64,000 nucleotides of DNA from Pirellulales bacterium (GCA_963733035.1 CAVTBU010000008.1:352001-416000); one strand, 5' to 3'; positions 33,488 to 43,964 are shown, counted from the first letter of the stretch. The notes: generated by a model from the letters alone, not told the origin. Program-made: numbers and translations.

Positions 33488-34257
33488 ATGGAGGGGTTTG
33501 GAATCAGCACCCAGCGCGACGGCAGAATACTATCCGCCGCCGCCCCCTACATGGTTTCACGCTCGTCGAGTTGTTGGTCGTCGTGGCGGTGATCGGCCTG
33601 CTGTTTGGGCTGCTACTGCCGGCCGTGCAGATGTCGCGCGAGCAAGCCCGCATCGCCAACTGCGCCAGCAATCTGCGGCAGGTGGGCATCGCCATGATCC
33701 GGTTCTGCGACGACCACCACGGACGATGGCCAGAGACGACGCACACCAGCGAGCCCGATCCGGTGACAGGCAAGTACACCCACGCCTGGATCTACACGCT
33801 GGCGCCCTACCTGGAGGACGTCGACGCGATTCGCATCTGTCCGGACGATCTTGCCGGTGACTTGCGATTGGCGGGCAAAGGCACGAGCTACACGATGAAC
33901 GGCTACCTCTCGAAGGAGGCGCTGCCCCCCTTCGACAATCTGCGAAAAGTCGTCTCGACGCACGAAACCATCGTCGCGTTCGAACTTGCCGAGATCAAGG
34001 ACACCGGCGCGATGAAAACGGGCAACCCGAACGACATCGACGTCTACAACGATCACGTCCACTCGTGGAACTGGTTCGCCATGTCGACGCTAAGCGCAGG
34101 GCTGGGGATGACAGCCATCGGCAACGAGATCGCGGTGGAGCGACACAGCGGCACGACCCACTTCTTGTACGCCGACGGCCACGTCGAACTGGTCCCGGTC
34201 GAACAGATCGCGCGGTGGGTAGATGAGGGACACAACTTCGCAAAGCCGCCTCAATAA
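33488..34257 (+). CDS. DUF1559-type prepilin N-terminal cleavage/methylation protein with H-X9-DG; 5' end apparently frameshifted
   Basis: [40 protein letters not shown]...[25 protein letters not shown]. No in-frame start upstream of GF; nearest ATGs (33416, 33488) are one frame off. Confidence 0.85.
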
Positions 34258-34457
34258 TCCGCACCTCGCAAGTGCACCGAAAAGCAACCACACAAGCGAC
34301 TCGATAAGGACCGCCAATGCATGCACGCAGTTAGTTCCCACGATCGTCCGCCACTGTCGCGAGTAGTGTGGCAGGCGGCGAGCGGCGTTGAGAACACGTG
34401 AACCACGAATTCGCAAACCTAAACGACTACTCAGATTTCATTGAAAGGTGTATTTCC

Positions 34458-35216
34458 ATGCGTGTTTTGTCTTTGCTTCTCCTGTTGGTCGCCCTAGTTG
34501 TCCGGCCGACGGCCACGCGCGCCCACGACGATGTTGCTCCCTACGAACTTAACGGCAAAGTCGCCACGGGTGGCCACGACGATATCCTTGCTTCCAACAC
34601 GGTTACTGAAAACGTGTTCGGGTTTGACTTTGGTGAAGACCCGATGATTCCCTACATCATCGGCGACCCGGGATTCAACAACGGGGCCTTCGGCATCGGG
34701 GTCTTTCCTAATAACGGCCTGCTGCCAGCGAACTTTACGTTGGGTCTCACAATCACTCGGGACCTGGAATACTGGGACGGCACCGGAGCCGTCTCGTTCG
34801 CTCCCGCATCGCCGAGCGCGTCGCTGGGATTGAGCCACCTCAGTTCGACGATCGATATCACCGGCACCTCGGGCATCGGCGCGGCGCTGACGATCGGCAG
34901 CACGGGGAGCGCTGGCCGGCTGCATGTGCACCTGCAATCGGCGCTGACCGACTCGATCGGCGACCCAGCCAACGGCATCTATCTCATCGGGATGCAGTTG
35001 AGCTTGCCCGGCTCCGGACTGGCCGACTCCGATCCGATCTACATCGTCTACAACAGTTTCATGGACGAGGCCGTGCACGATGAAGCGATCGGGTGGGTCG
35101 CCACGAACCTTGTGCCCGAGCCATCGACATGGACGATGTGTCTGATGGCCTTGGTTTCAATCGCAGTATGCGTCACGCGAGGGCAACTGCGCCGTCCGCA
35201 ACGCGCGGCGAGATAA
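34458..35216 (+). CDS. PEP-CTERM surface protein with His motifs (putative metal binding)
   Basis: Signal peptide cleaving at ATRA/HDD; GGHDD, GRLHVHL, GIYL, VHDEA; C-terminal VPEPSTW + TM + basic tail. Confidence 0.8.
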   Translation: MRVLSLLLLLVALVVRPTATRAHDDVAPYELNGKVATGGHDDILASNTVTENVFGFDFGEDPMIPYIIGDPGFNNGAFGIGVFPNNGLLPANFTLGLTITRDLEYWDGTGAVSFAPASPSASLGLSHLSSTIDITGTSGIGAALTIGSTGSAGRLHVHLQSALTDSIGDPANGIYLIGMQLSLPGSGLADSDPIYIVYNSFMDEAVHDEAIGWVATNLVPEPSTWTMCLMALVSIAVCVTRGQLRRPQRAAR

Positions 35217-35417
35217 CCCGTCGGCGGGATACCTCGCTCGCCAACCATGCCGCACGCGTCGTGCCCGGCCAATCCACAAGCCAGGCACGACGCTCGGCAT
35301 TTCAATCGCAAGAGAATTTTCTGTTTAATCGCGCCAGGCGGGCGAAAGATCAGTATCTGCCGCGGCAGAAAGCAGTCGCGTGCGAAAATCAGACAAGCAT
35401 GCCCCTCGCAGGCCGCG

Positions 35418-36359
35418 TCAGTAGCCGGTCCTTTCGACGGACCGGGGATCCTCCACCACGTCTCCGCTGTGCAGAATACCGTCCATTGCCCGGAGCCGAT
35501 TCTCTCCGCTGGCGTCGTAATACGGCTTGTTCGTGTCGACTTCATGCACCATCAGCCCCGGGCGGTGCTCGGCCAGCCGCTGCACGATGCGCCCGTCCGG
35601 GGTGATCAGCAGACTCGGCCAGGCCTCCGGCGCGCTCGAATTGTTCATCGAGACGAACATCGCGTTGGTGGCCGCCCGCGTTTGTCCGGTCGCAGGCATA
35701 ATAATCGGGTGTACGGCACCCGACTTCATGCGTGCGTTGTGGAAGGAGTGGAGCATCAACTGCACGCCGCGGCGGCAATACTCCCGGTACAGCTCCGGAA
35801 AGCGAATGTCGTAGCAGACCAACATCCCGCACTGCACTCCGTTCACCTCGAACACCACAAAGTGATCTCCGGGCGAATAGTGCTTCAGATCGCCGCCGGT
35901 GCAGAATCGCTTGTCGTAGCGATCGACGATCTGGCCCTCGGGATTGATGACGTACAGCGAGTTGTGCGGTTTGTGCTCGCCCGTCAGCCGGTGCGTGCTC
36001 CCCAGCACGACCCATTGATCCAACTCGTCGGCCAGCTTCAGAATCGAAGCCGTCTCGGCGCGCAATAACTCCCAATCGAACTCCTCAAGCGACTCGACTT
36101 CAACGCCCGCGTATCCCGATAGCGCGCACTCCGAAAAGTGCACGAGGTCGGCCTCCTGGGCCGCAGCCAGCCGCATCTGTTTGCGAATCCACTCGGCGTT
36201 GGCCGCCACGTCGGCTGACACCGGAAACTGGCACGTCGCCAGCATCAGCCGCCCCGACGTGTGCTTCTCTGACGAAGTTGACGTTTCTTCGCCAGCACGC
36301 ACAAGACCTACACAAACAACCAGCAAGAACAGGGCGGGTAGCGCGAATCGGTGCAACAT
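35418..36359 (-). CDS. Carbon-nitrogen hydrolase (nitrilase family) with signal peptide
   Basis: E-K-C triad: FSECALSGY, YDKRF, VCYDIRFPE. Confidence 0.88.
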   Translation of the reverse strand: MLHRFALPALFLLVVCVGLVRAGEETSTSSEKHTSGRLMLATCQFPVSADVAANAEWIRKQMRLAAAQEADLVHFSECALSGYAGVEVESLEEFDWELLRAETASILKLADELDQWVVLGSTHRLTGEHKPHNSLYVINPEGQIVDRYDKRFCTGGDLKHYSPGDHFVVFEVNGVQCGMLVCYDIRFPELYREYCRRGVQLMLHSFHNARMKSGAVHPIIMPATGQTRAATNAMFVSMNNSSAPEAWPSLLITPDGRIVQRLAEHRPGLMVHEVDTNKPYYDASGENRLRAMDGILHSGDVVEDPRSVERTGY

Positions 36360-36989
36360 GGGATGTCCTTTGATAGTTCGAGGACAACGCTCGCGTCACG
36401 TTGACGCGCGCCGCTTTCTGGACGGCCAAAGGGGATCGTCGCACATTCTACCACGGCACACGGGACGGCGCCGCCGACCCTGTAATTGAGACGTCCCCAA
36501 CACTTCGCCGGCTCCTGCCGCGCTCACGGCGTGAACCGCGCGCCGCGAGTGCGTCTTAGTATTCAGTTCCGACATTTGCATGAACAGACGTAACTGGCCC
36601 CTTCCACCCTTGCGTGAATACGTCTCTCGCAAAACAGGGTTTTTCCTCTCGGTTGCGCCGCGCTCACACTCTCGCGGTTTGCTGCTTTCAATCGGGCCAG
36701 CATTTTCGGTAGGGTAGGGTCGAGCAGTTCTAAACTCGGCGAAGAGATGCGCGCACAAATCGTCAAACAGGGTCCTTTGCGGAAAATAGCTGCGAGTTGG
36801 TCGACAATTTTTCGGGCTCCCATGGAAAAGAAAAAGAGTCACGAACAAATCGCACCAAAATCGGGCCACTCAGAATTCTCGGAAATCCGAATCGGGCCAA
36901 CTCGACGCCCAAAGCAAGTACGGTTGGCAAACGACATGTTTGGACAGGCACCGAAGAATGGCGCGCCGCCGACGCCGAGCCAGGATGGG

Positions 36990-37575
36990 CTAGTCCGCGT
37001 CGGGAAAGTGCTTGCGAATGACCATCTCGCCCAGACGCCGAGCGACGTCGATCGTTTGTCGATCACCGGTGATGTGCCGCGTGACGTAGGCCCCCTCGAT
37101 GATCAGGCACAGTTCGCGGGCCAGCGCGGCCGGATCGGCCGCGCCGCCCCGTTTGGCAATCCGGCGTACCGTCGCTTCATAGGTCTGCTTCAGCGCGATG
37201 CGCGGCCTGATGCGCCGGGTCGTGCGGCAGCGGAAACTCGATGGTCACGTTGACGAAAATACAGCCGTGCCAGTCATCTTTCTCAATGAACGTCTCGACC
37301 AAATCAAACAGCGTCCGCAGTTGGCCCACGGCCGTGGGTCCACCGCGCTCCTTGAGCATGGCCGTCAGCGTCGCGCCCAACCAGCGCTGCTGTTCCTCGA
37401 GCACGGCGACCATCAGGTCTTCCTTGCATTCGAAGTGCTTGTAAAAGGCGGTCTTGCTGATGCCGACATCCGAGTAGATCTGGTCCAGCCCGACGTTGCG
37501 AAAACCGTCGCGGTAGAACCGCTGATGGGCCGCTTCGATCAGTCGCTCGCGCGTTGTTTTCTCAGTGGTTTTCAT
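36990..37575 (-). CDS. TetR/AcrR-family regulator; frameshift ~37200
   Basis: HTH GFRNVGLDQI...GISKTAFYKHF..KEDL; HGCIFVN; shifted frame continues IALKQTYE...LARELCLIIEGAY...FPDAD* to TAG at 36990. Confidence 0.85.
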
Positions 37576-37603
37576 GGCCGTATGTTCAGCAAGTGGACCA
37601 CAA

Positions 37604-37621
37604 GTACACCGGCGAGTGTAC
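37604..37621. promoter_or_regulatory. Putative TetR operator
   Basis: Inverted repeat GTACAC-N6-GTGTAC about 30 bp upstream of the tetR ATG, between tetR and the divergent mddA. Confidence 0.6.
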
Positions 37622-37769
37622 CACAAGTCAACTTGTCGCCGGAGCAAGCTGCACGATATTTCACACAGGGAATCAATCCTACGTCAACATCGGCGGCACC
37701 GTCGGTGGGCGAACCAATCGCCCGTCGGCAGCGTCTGCCTGAAAACCTAATTCTGCGTGGAGGTGCAAA

Positions 37770-38543
37770 ATGAAACGCTGGTTGTATTTGGCCTACGGCG
37801 TCGCAGGCTACCTGGCCTTTCTGGGAATTTACGCTTACTTTGCCGCATTCACCGGCAACTTCCTGGTGCCCAATACAATTGACGCGCCGGTTACCACGCC
37901 GCTCGTCGCGGCGGTCGCCATCAACCTGTTGCTGGTGGGCGCCTTTGCCGCCCAGCATTCGATCATGGCGCGACCAGCGTTCAAACAACTTTGGACGCGC
38001 ATCGTTCCTCAGCCAATCGAACGCACCACGTACGTGATGCTTTCGAACCTGGCAACCGTGCTTTTGATTTGGCAGTGGCGGCCGATCGACGCCGTCGTTT
38101 GGGACGTGCGGCAACCGATTGCGCGGGGTGCCTTGTGGGGGCTGTTTGCCGCCGGTTGGCTGGCCGTGCCGCTGGTCAGCCTACTGATCAATCACTTCGA
38201 CCTGTTCGGCCTGCGGCAAGTCTGGCTCTACTTCCGTGGTCGGCCTTACACGGCGTTGCCGTTCCGCACGCCGCTGGCCTACGCCCACGTGCGCCATCCA
38301 CTCTATCTCGCGTGGGGGCTGGCGTTCTGGGCAATACCAACCATGACGGCAGGACATCTGCTGTTCGCTGCTTCATTGTCGATCTATATGGCCCTGGCCG
38401 CGCTTGTTGAGGAGCGCGATCTGGTCGCGCATTTCGGGCACTCGTATCACCGGTATCGCCAAAGCGTCCCCATGTTCGTGCCGAAATTAAGGCCGGCTCC
38501 GTCCATCGATGCCGCCGAGGAGAGCAAGCCTGCGAGCGGTTAG
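37770..38543 (+). CDS. mddA: Methanethiol S-methyltransferase (MddA / isoprenylcysteine methyltransferase family)
   Basis: QHSIMARPAFK, IERTTYV, INHFDLFGLRQV, VRHPLY, PTMTAGHLLFA, EERDLV. Confidence 0.8.
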   Translation: MKRWLYLAYGVAGYLAFLGIYAYFAAFTGNFLVPNTIDAPVTTPLVAAVAINLLLVGAFAAQHSIMARPAFKQLWTRIVPQPIERTTYVMLSNLATVLLIWQWRPIDAVVWDVRQPIARGALWGLFAAGWLAVPLVSLLINHFDLFGLRQVWLYFRGRPYTALPFRTPLAYAHVRHPLYLAWGLAFWAIPTMTAGHLLFAASLSIYMALAALVEERDLVAHFGHSYHRYRQSVPMFVPKLRPAPSIDAAEESKPASG

Positions 38544-38803
38544 TTTCGCCAGATGGCTGCTCCGCGGCCTGAGCTCGGGGCTCCGAGCGGCGACCGAGCG
38601 GCCGTCCACCGGTTGCCTGGTGGATATCACCGGTTTGCGGACGAGCGCAGAGAGTACCCGGATTCATGTTGTCTAAAGGTTGCCGGACGATAATGGACAG
38701 GTCGATGCGACTGGGATCAGGTCGAATCAGAGAGTCTCGGCCTGATTCTGTTATGCTAGTTGGTTGATCTGACTAGGTCGCTGGCAAACGGGAGAACACG
38801 ATC

Positions 38804-39469
38804 ATGGCGAATCACACTCACGTACTTTCGCGGCGTACGTTCCTGGGAACCGTAGCCGCCGGTTCAGCGGCTTGGGCGGCGCCCGGGGCGTTCGCGGAAG
38901 AACTGGCCCGTACCCCGTACCAGACCGAGGGGCCCTTTTATCCGGATCACTTGCCGCTCGACACCGACAACGATTTGGTCCTCGTGAACGACGAGTTGAC
39001 GCCCGCGGTCGGCGAGATCACGCATCTCACCGGACGCATTCTTGGCAGCAACGGCGAGCCATTGCGGAACGCTGTCGTGGAAATCTGGCAGTGCGACTCC
39101 GGCGGCGCCTACCTGCATTCGCGCACCGGCAACGCCGACAAACGCGACGGCAATTTCCAGGGGTTCGGCCGTTTCCTCACTGGCTCGACTGGCGAATACT
39201 ACTTCCGCACGATCAAGCCGGTGCCCTATCCCGGTCGCACTCCCCACATTCATTTCATGGTGAAGCACCCAGGCCAGCAAGAGTTCACGACGCAATGCTA
39301 CATCAAGGGGCACCCACAAAACGATCGCGACTTCGTCTTTCGTGGAGCGGGCGACAAGAACTCGCAGGATTTGTTGTGCGCCGAATTTGTGCCGCTGGAA
39401 GGCTCCAAGGCAGGCGAATTGCGGGCCAGTTTTGACGTCGTACTGGGGTATACGCCGAAACAAAGCTGA
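38804..39469 (+). CDS. Tat-exported intradiol ring-cleavage dioxygenase (protocatechuate 3,4-dioxygenase-like)
   Basis: SRRTFL signal; EGPFYP, VEIWQCD, FRTIKPVPY, RTPHIHF. Confidence 0.85.
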   Translation: MANHTHVLSRRTFLGTVAAGSAAWAAPGAFAEELARTPYQTEGPFYPDHLPLDTDNDLVLVNDELTPAVGEITHLTGRILGSNGEPLRNAVVEIWQCDSGGAYLHSRTGNADKRDGNFQGFGRFLTGSTGEYYFRTIKPVPYPGRTPHIHFMVKHPGQQEFTTQCYIKGHPQNDRDFVFRGAGDKNSQDLLCAEFVPLEGSKAGELRASFDVVLGYTPKQS

Positions 39470-39575
39470 CCTCAGCTGAAGCCGGTACAGTGGTCCATAA
39501 ACGGCGCTCGCCCAGTCGCGACCTATTTGGTAGTTTGAAGGGGTCATTTCCAGCTAGGTCTCGGAGTCCGCGGAG

Positions 39576-40726
39576 TTGGAACTTCCACGAAACCCCACCC
39601 GTCCTGTCCGCATCGGTTCCGCTACCATTGGCGGAGGCACCCGATTGCCGTGCAGAGCATGACGGCCACGCATACGCGAGACGTCGAGGCCACGACGGCC
39701 CAGATCAACGATTTACTCGCGGCCGGTGCCGATATCGTGCGAATCGCGGTGGACAACTCCAAGGATGCTGAGGCTCTGGCCGAGATTCGCAAGCGTAGCG
39801 CAGCGAATTTGTCGGTCGACTTGCAAGAGAATTACCGCCTGGCAAAGGATGTGGCGCCGCACGTCGACAAGGTGCGTTACAATCCCGGACACCTGTACCA
39901 CCACGAGCGTGAGAAGCCCTGGCAGGACAAGGTTAAGTTCCTGGCCGACGTCGCGGGCGAATACGACTGTGCCATGCGCGTGGGTGTCAATTGCGGTTCG
40001 GTCGATCCAGCGAAGCAGGAAAAGTACTCGAAGGACGATTCGATCACCCCCATGCTCGAAAGCGCCTGGGAGCACTGCGAGCTTTTGGATTCGCTCGGCT
40101 TTACGCGCTATTGCGTCTCGCTGAAGGATTCCGACCCCGCCAAGGTGATCGAAGTGAATCGCCGTTTCGCCAGCCAGCGTCCGGATGTCCCTTTGCACTT
40201 GGGCGTGACAGAAGCCGGTATGCCGCCCGAGGGTATCATCAAGACGCGGATTGCTTTCGAGCAGCTCATCAGCCGTGGGATAGGCGACACGATTCGAGTC
40301 TCGCTCACGGTTCCCAACGCGCGCAAGGGAGAAGAAATTGCCGCCGGCCGAGGAATCCTGGCCGATATTGCCGCCGGCCGGGTACGCAGCGTGGTCGATT
40401 TCGGCCTGAACACGCTAAATATCATCAGCTGCCCAAGCTGTTCTCGCGTGGAAAATGAGGCGTTTATCGAACTGGCGCAAGACGTAAAAGAATTGACCAA
40501 GTATGCCAGCGAGTATGCTATCACGATTGCGGTGATGGGTTGCCGTGTAAATGGCCCGGGCGAAACCGATGATGCCGATCTGGGCTTGTGGTGCGGACCG
40601 AATTTCGTCAACCTCAAGCGGGGAAGTGTGGAACTGGGGGCTTATCCGTACGATTTGATCTTGCCCCGTCTAAAGGACGAACTCGACAAATTAATCGCCG
40701 CTCGCACGCCGGTTGGAAAGAGTTAG
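39576..40726 (+). CDS. ispG: (E)-4-hydroxy-3-methylbut-2-enyl-diphosphate synthase; 1-base frameshift ~39638
   Basis: TTG start gives [21 protein letters not shown], then one frame off [60 protein letters not shown]. Confidence 0.93.
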
Positions 40727-40833
40727 CCGCGGTCCAGCAGTCGGTATGCCCCGTCGAAACCGCCGGAACGTTCTGGGGTTTGTATACGTTGTCGCGATAA
40801 CCTTTGATATTTACGCAGCACCGAGAGTCACGG

Positions 40834-41628
40834 ATGACACGCCGTCTGCTGCCCGCCGCCGCTGTTTGCGCCAGCCTCGTTATCGGCTGCGCTGCTTGGC
40901 GAGTTGCTCCCCAATTGCCGGTCGGCAATAGCATGGTGCTCGATCAACTGGTCATCTTCAGCGAAACGCCGCTTCCGCGCAACCACCGGCTCTTGGAGGA
41001 GTTGAAGCTACTGAGGACCACGGTCAGCACAAAACTTGGCCTGCCAATTTCGGACGAGCCGATTCATGTTTATTTGTTTCCCACTGCCGACAAATTCCAG
41101 GCGTTCTTCCGCGAGCAACACCCCGACATGCCGCACCGTCGGGCCTTTTTTGTCGAGACCGATACTCGGCTCAGCGTGTATGCCTATTGGGGCGATCGCG
41201 TAGCGGAAGATCTGCGGCACGAGGTCGTTCACGGTTATTTGCACTCGGTGGTCCCAAATGTGCCGCTATGGCTGGACGAAGGCTTGGCCGAATACTTTGA
41301 AGTGCCACGCGTGATGGCGGGTATCAATCGGCCGCATGTAAGTCAACTCATGGCCATGAAGGCTGATTGGCGTCCTGACCTGATGCGGCTTGAACAGCTC
41401 AAGACAACCGGCGAAATGACACAGGCCGACTACGCCGAAAGCTGGGCCTGGGTCCACTTCATGCTCGACACTTTGCCACAACGCAACGAGGTGCTTCGCG
41501 CATACCTGCAATCGCTAATGAAATCCGCGCCGCCGGCACCCTTTTCGTTGTCGCTAAGACAATTAGATGCCGCTTGTAGTCAACATCTCGCCGAACATCT
41601 GGCCGTGTTGCATCAATCCTTGAAATAA
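40834..41628 (+). CDS. DUF1570-like zinc-peptidase-fold protein, possible lipoprotein
   Basis: LRHEVVHGYL...PLWLDEGLAEYFE; YAESWAWVHFML; LVIGC lipobox-like sequence. Confidence 0.75.
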   Translation: MTRRLLPAAAVCASLVIGCAAWRVAPQLPVGNSMVLDQLVIFSETPLPRNHRLLEELKLLRTTVSTKLGLPISDEPIHVYLFPTADKFQAFFREQHPDMPHRRAFFVETDTRLSVYAYWGDRVAEDLRHEVVHGYLHSVVPNVPLWLDEGLAEYFEVPRVMAGINRPHVSQLMAMKADWRPDLMRLEQLKTTGEMTQADYAESWAWVHFMLDTLPQRNEVLRAYLQSLMKSAPPAPFSLSLRQLDAACSQHLAEHLAVLHQSLK

Positions 41629-42560
41629 AGCGTCGAAGCATCGATCTGCTCGAACCCCAGATTTGCAAACACGGCCCGGGCTGCCTCATTTTCCTCCGGC
41701 ACGTGCACCTCGACTAACGAGACACCCTGAGTATGCAACTGGCGAAAGGCTTCGCCGAGCAGATTTGTGGCCAGGCCGCGGCGACGGCGTTCACTCGTGA
41801 CTTCCAAATCGACGATCCCCACCGCATGGACACCCCAGGCGCCCGCCATGGTTTCGAGGTTCCAGATATAGACGCTGGCCAGGCTTGGATCACCTTCGCG
41901 TTCCACCAGCGACCATCGCGTGCGGTCGAACGGCTCGAACATGACCGCCTCCCACCAATCTTGCGCCGGTGGATCGAACATGGTTTCCAAACGAGTCGTG
42001 CGGCGAATCTGAATCTGCTGCCGATCGACAACAGGACGAAAACCCGCCAAGTCACGATGCAATACCAAGCTGCGCTTGCCTGCTTGGTAACCGGCGCCGC
42101 GAAACAATGCGACGGCGTGGACGTCCGAATCCAAAATGCCCGAAAGTTCGCTCCCCCCATATAGTCCATAGTAGAAAGGCGAAAGCGGATAACAGCCACC
42201 TCCGTAGATCGTCTGGGAACCGCGAGCTCGCAAATATCCCTCGCAGCGGGCCAGCAACGCAGCGGCAATCGCTGGATCGGCGTCAAGTCGAACCATTACC
42301 AGGCTGATCACGCCCCGATCACACTGCAGCGAGTCGCCAGACTCGTTAGGACCAAATCCCGCATGGCCGAAGCCAACCAGCTTGTTTTCGTCGACCGCCA
42401 CGATTAACCCGTCACGGTCGAACGTCGGTTTGGACAGGACGTACCGTTCGAGCGCCGTGACGGACATTGGCTGCATCAGCCCTCGAGTATTTGAGTGGCT
42501 GCGCCAGATCTCCGCTAGTTGTGGCGGATCGGTATTGCGAAATGCGCGGTACTCGATCAA
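41613..42560 (-). CDS. Tandem GNAT-family acetyltransferase
   Basis: IEYRAFRNTDPP; LVGFGHAGF; RRRGLATNLL; NEAARAVFANLGF. Start uncertain (TTG 42560). Confidence 0.8.
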   Translation of the reverse strand: MIEYRAFRNTDPPQLAEIWRSHSNTRGLMQPMSVTALERYVLSKPTFDRDGLIVAVDENKLVGFGHAGFGPNESGDSLQCDRGVISLVMVRLDADPAIAAALLARCEGYLRARGSQTIYGGGCYPLSPFYYGLYGGSELSGILDSDVHAVALFRGAGYQAGKRSLVLHRDLAGFRPVVDRQQIQIRRTTRLETMFDPPAQDWWEAVMFEPFDRTRWSLVEREGDPSLASVYIWNLETMAGAWGVHAVGIVDLEVTSERRRRGLATNLLGEAFRQLHTQGVSLVEVHVPEENEAARAVFANLGFEQIDASTLYFKD

Positions 42561-42586
42561 GGCAGAATTCTCGCTGGACGCAGGAG

Positions 42587-42896
42587 TCACCCCAAATCTA
42601 CCAGGATCCACTCTCCTTCAACACGCACTTCGAAACAGGCGCTGCTTGATTTGTGCGTTGAACTGATGCCGACCGCTCGTAACGTCGAACTGCCAGCCGT
42701 GCCACGGGCAGGTCACTACACTCCCTTCCAGCAATCCGCGACCAAGCGGTCCGCCCTGGTGCGGACATACGCCATCCAAGGCGTAGAACTTGCCCTGAAC
42801 GTTGAAGAGCGCGACAACTCTCCCTTCGGCGACGCACTCTTTCGAGGCACCCACCGGCAGTTCGTTCACGCGGGCAAGCTGAATCCAATTAGGCAT
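42587..42896 (-). CDS. Rieske [2Fe-2S] ferredoxin; frameshift near 3' end
   Basis: CPHQGGPL and CPWHGWQFD; shifted frame gives FEVRVEGEWILVDLG*. Confidence 0.9.
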
Positions 42897-43013
42897 GCGA
42901 ATCGAGAATTCGGCCTACTCAAGGCTGTCGGTCGTTTAGCCCATTAACGGAAGGCTTGGTAGCAGGGCGGTTTGTGAGGCAACAGGTTGCGAACTGGCAG
43001 CAAATGCGGCGAT

Positions 43014-43964
43014 CTAAGCCGCTTTCGGTGGAGACTGGGCGATACTCTTTCGCTTTGGCCGCGGCTTGTAGTCGCGCCAACGACGATGAATCCACCAATA
43101 TTGCTCAGGAGCTTCGCGGATCGTTTGTTCCAACAGTTGAGTATACCACCGCGTGATTGCCGGCACACTTCGCATCTCGCCAGGCATTGTTCTAGGGTCC
43201 AAGACCGCAGTTGTCCCCATCAGCTGGCTGAGAGGACGGTCGCCACGGCGAGAAAAGCAAAAGATTGTAGGGGCCTCGCTCGCCAGCGAGAACAGCGCGA
43301 TTCCCTTGTGACTCGACGCTGGACGGCCGAAGAATTCAACCCAGCACCCTTTGCGACCCGCATTCTGATCGCCCAGCAAGGCCAGAATACCGCCACGTTT
43401 GAGTACCTCTTCGACCGCTCCGGCACTCCCTTCTTTCGGCAGAATATACTGTCCGGTCATGCCCCGGAAGTCGTTCAGATAGCGGTCGAGGTAAGGATTG
43501 TCCAGCGTGCGGGCAATTGTAAAAGATGGAAAACCCAAGATGCCCAGCGCAAAGCCCGACAGTTCGAAATTACCATAGTGCCCGCATATGACGATCGAGG
43601 GCCGATCGTCGAAAAACGCGCGTATTATCTGGTCGGCGTTGATCAGCGTGACGTACTGGCGCCAGTTGGTGTGATGAATCTTGCGCGGGGCGTGTATGAT
43701 CTCGACAACTAGCAGGAAGAGATGTTCCCACATTTTCCAAGCGAGTATCTTGCGTTCGGCGGCGGTCATCTCTGGAAACGCGGATTTGAGATTCTCCTCT
43801 ACCAGTCGCCGCCGAATCTTAAGCACGCTGGCACACAGAGTTGCCAGCCCACGTGCGATCAACGCGCACGATTCAACGGGCATCGCTTGTACGATGCAGA
43901 CGAAGATTCGGACCACAAGATAGGCCAGGTAATCGGCGATGGTTCGCGGCCGGAGTCGTCGCAC
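43014..43964 (-). CDS. Lipid A biosynthesis/lysophospholipid acyltransferase (LpxL/HtrB family)
   Basis: GHYGNFEL, RTLDNPYLD, LGDQNAG, VEFFG, PEQYWWIHRRWR. Confidence 0.9.
   Translation of the reverse strand: MRRLRPRTIADYLAYLVVRIFVCIVQAMPVESCALIARGLATLCASVLKIRRRLVEENLKSAFPEMTAAERKILAWKMWEHLFLLVVEIIHAPRKIHHTNWRQYVTLINADQIIRAFFDDRPSIVICGHYGNFELSGFALGILGFPSFTIARTLDNPYLDRYLNDFRGMTGQYILPKEGSAGAVEEVLKRGGILALLGDQNAGRKGCWVEFFGRPASSHKGIALFSLASEAPTIFCFSRRGDRPLSQLMGTTAVLDPRTMPGEMRSVPAITRWYTQLLEQTIREAPEQYWWIHRRWRDYKPRPKRKSIAQSPPKAA

Noticed and set aside
41613..41628. 16-bp overlap of convergent DUF1570-like and GNAT genes
   Set aside because: Short convergent 3' overlaps are common in compact bacterial genomes.
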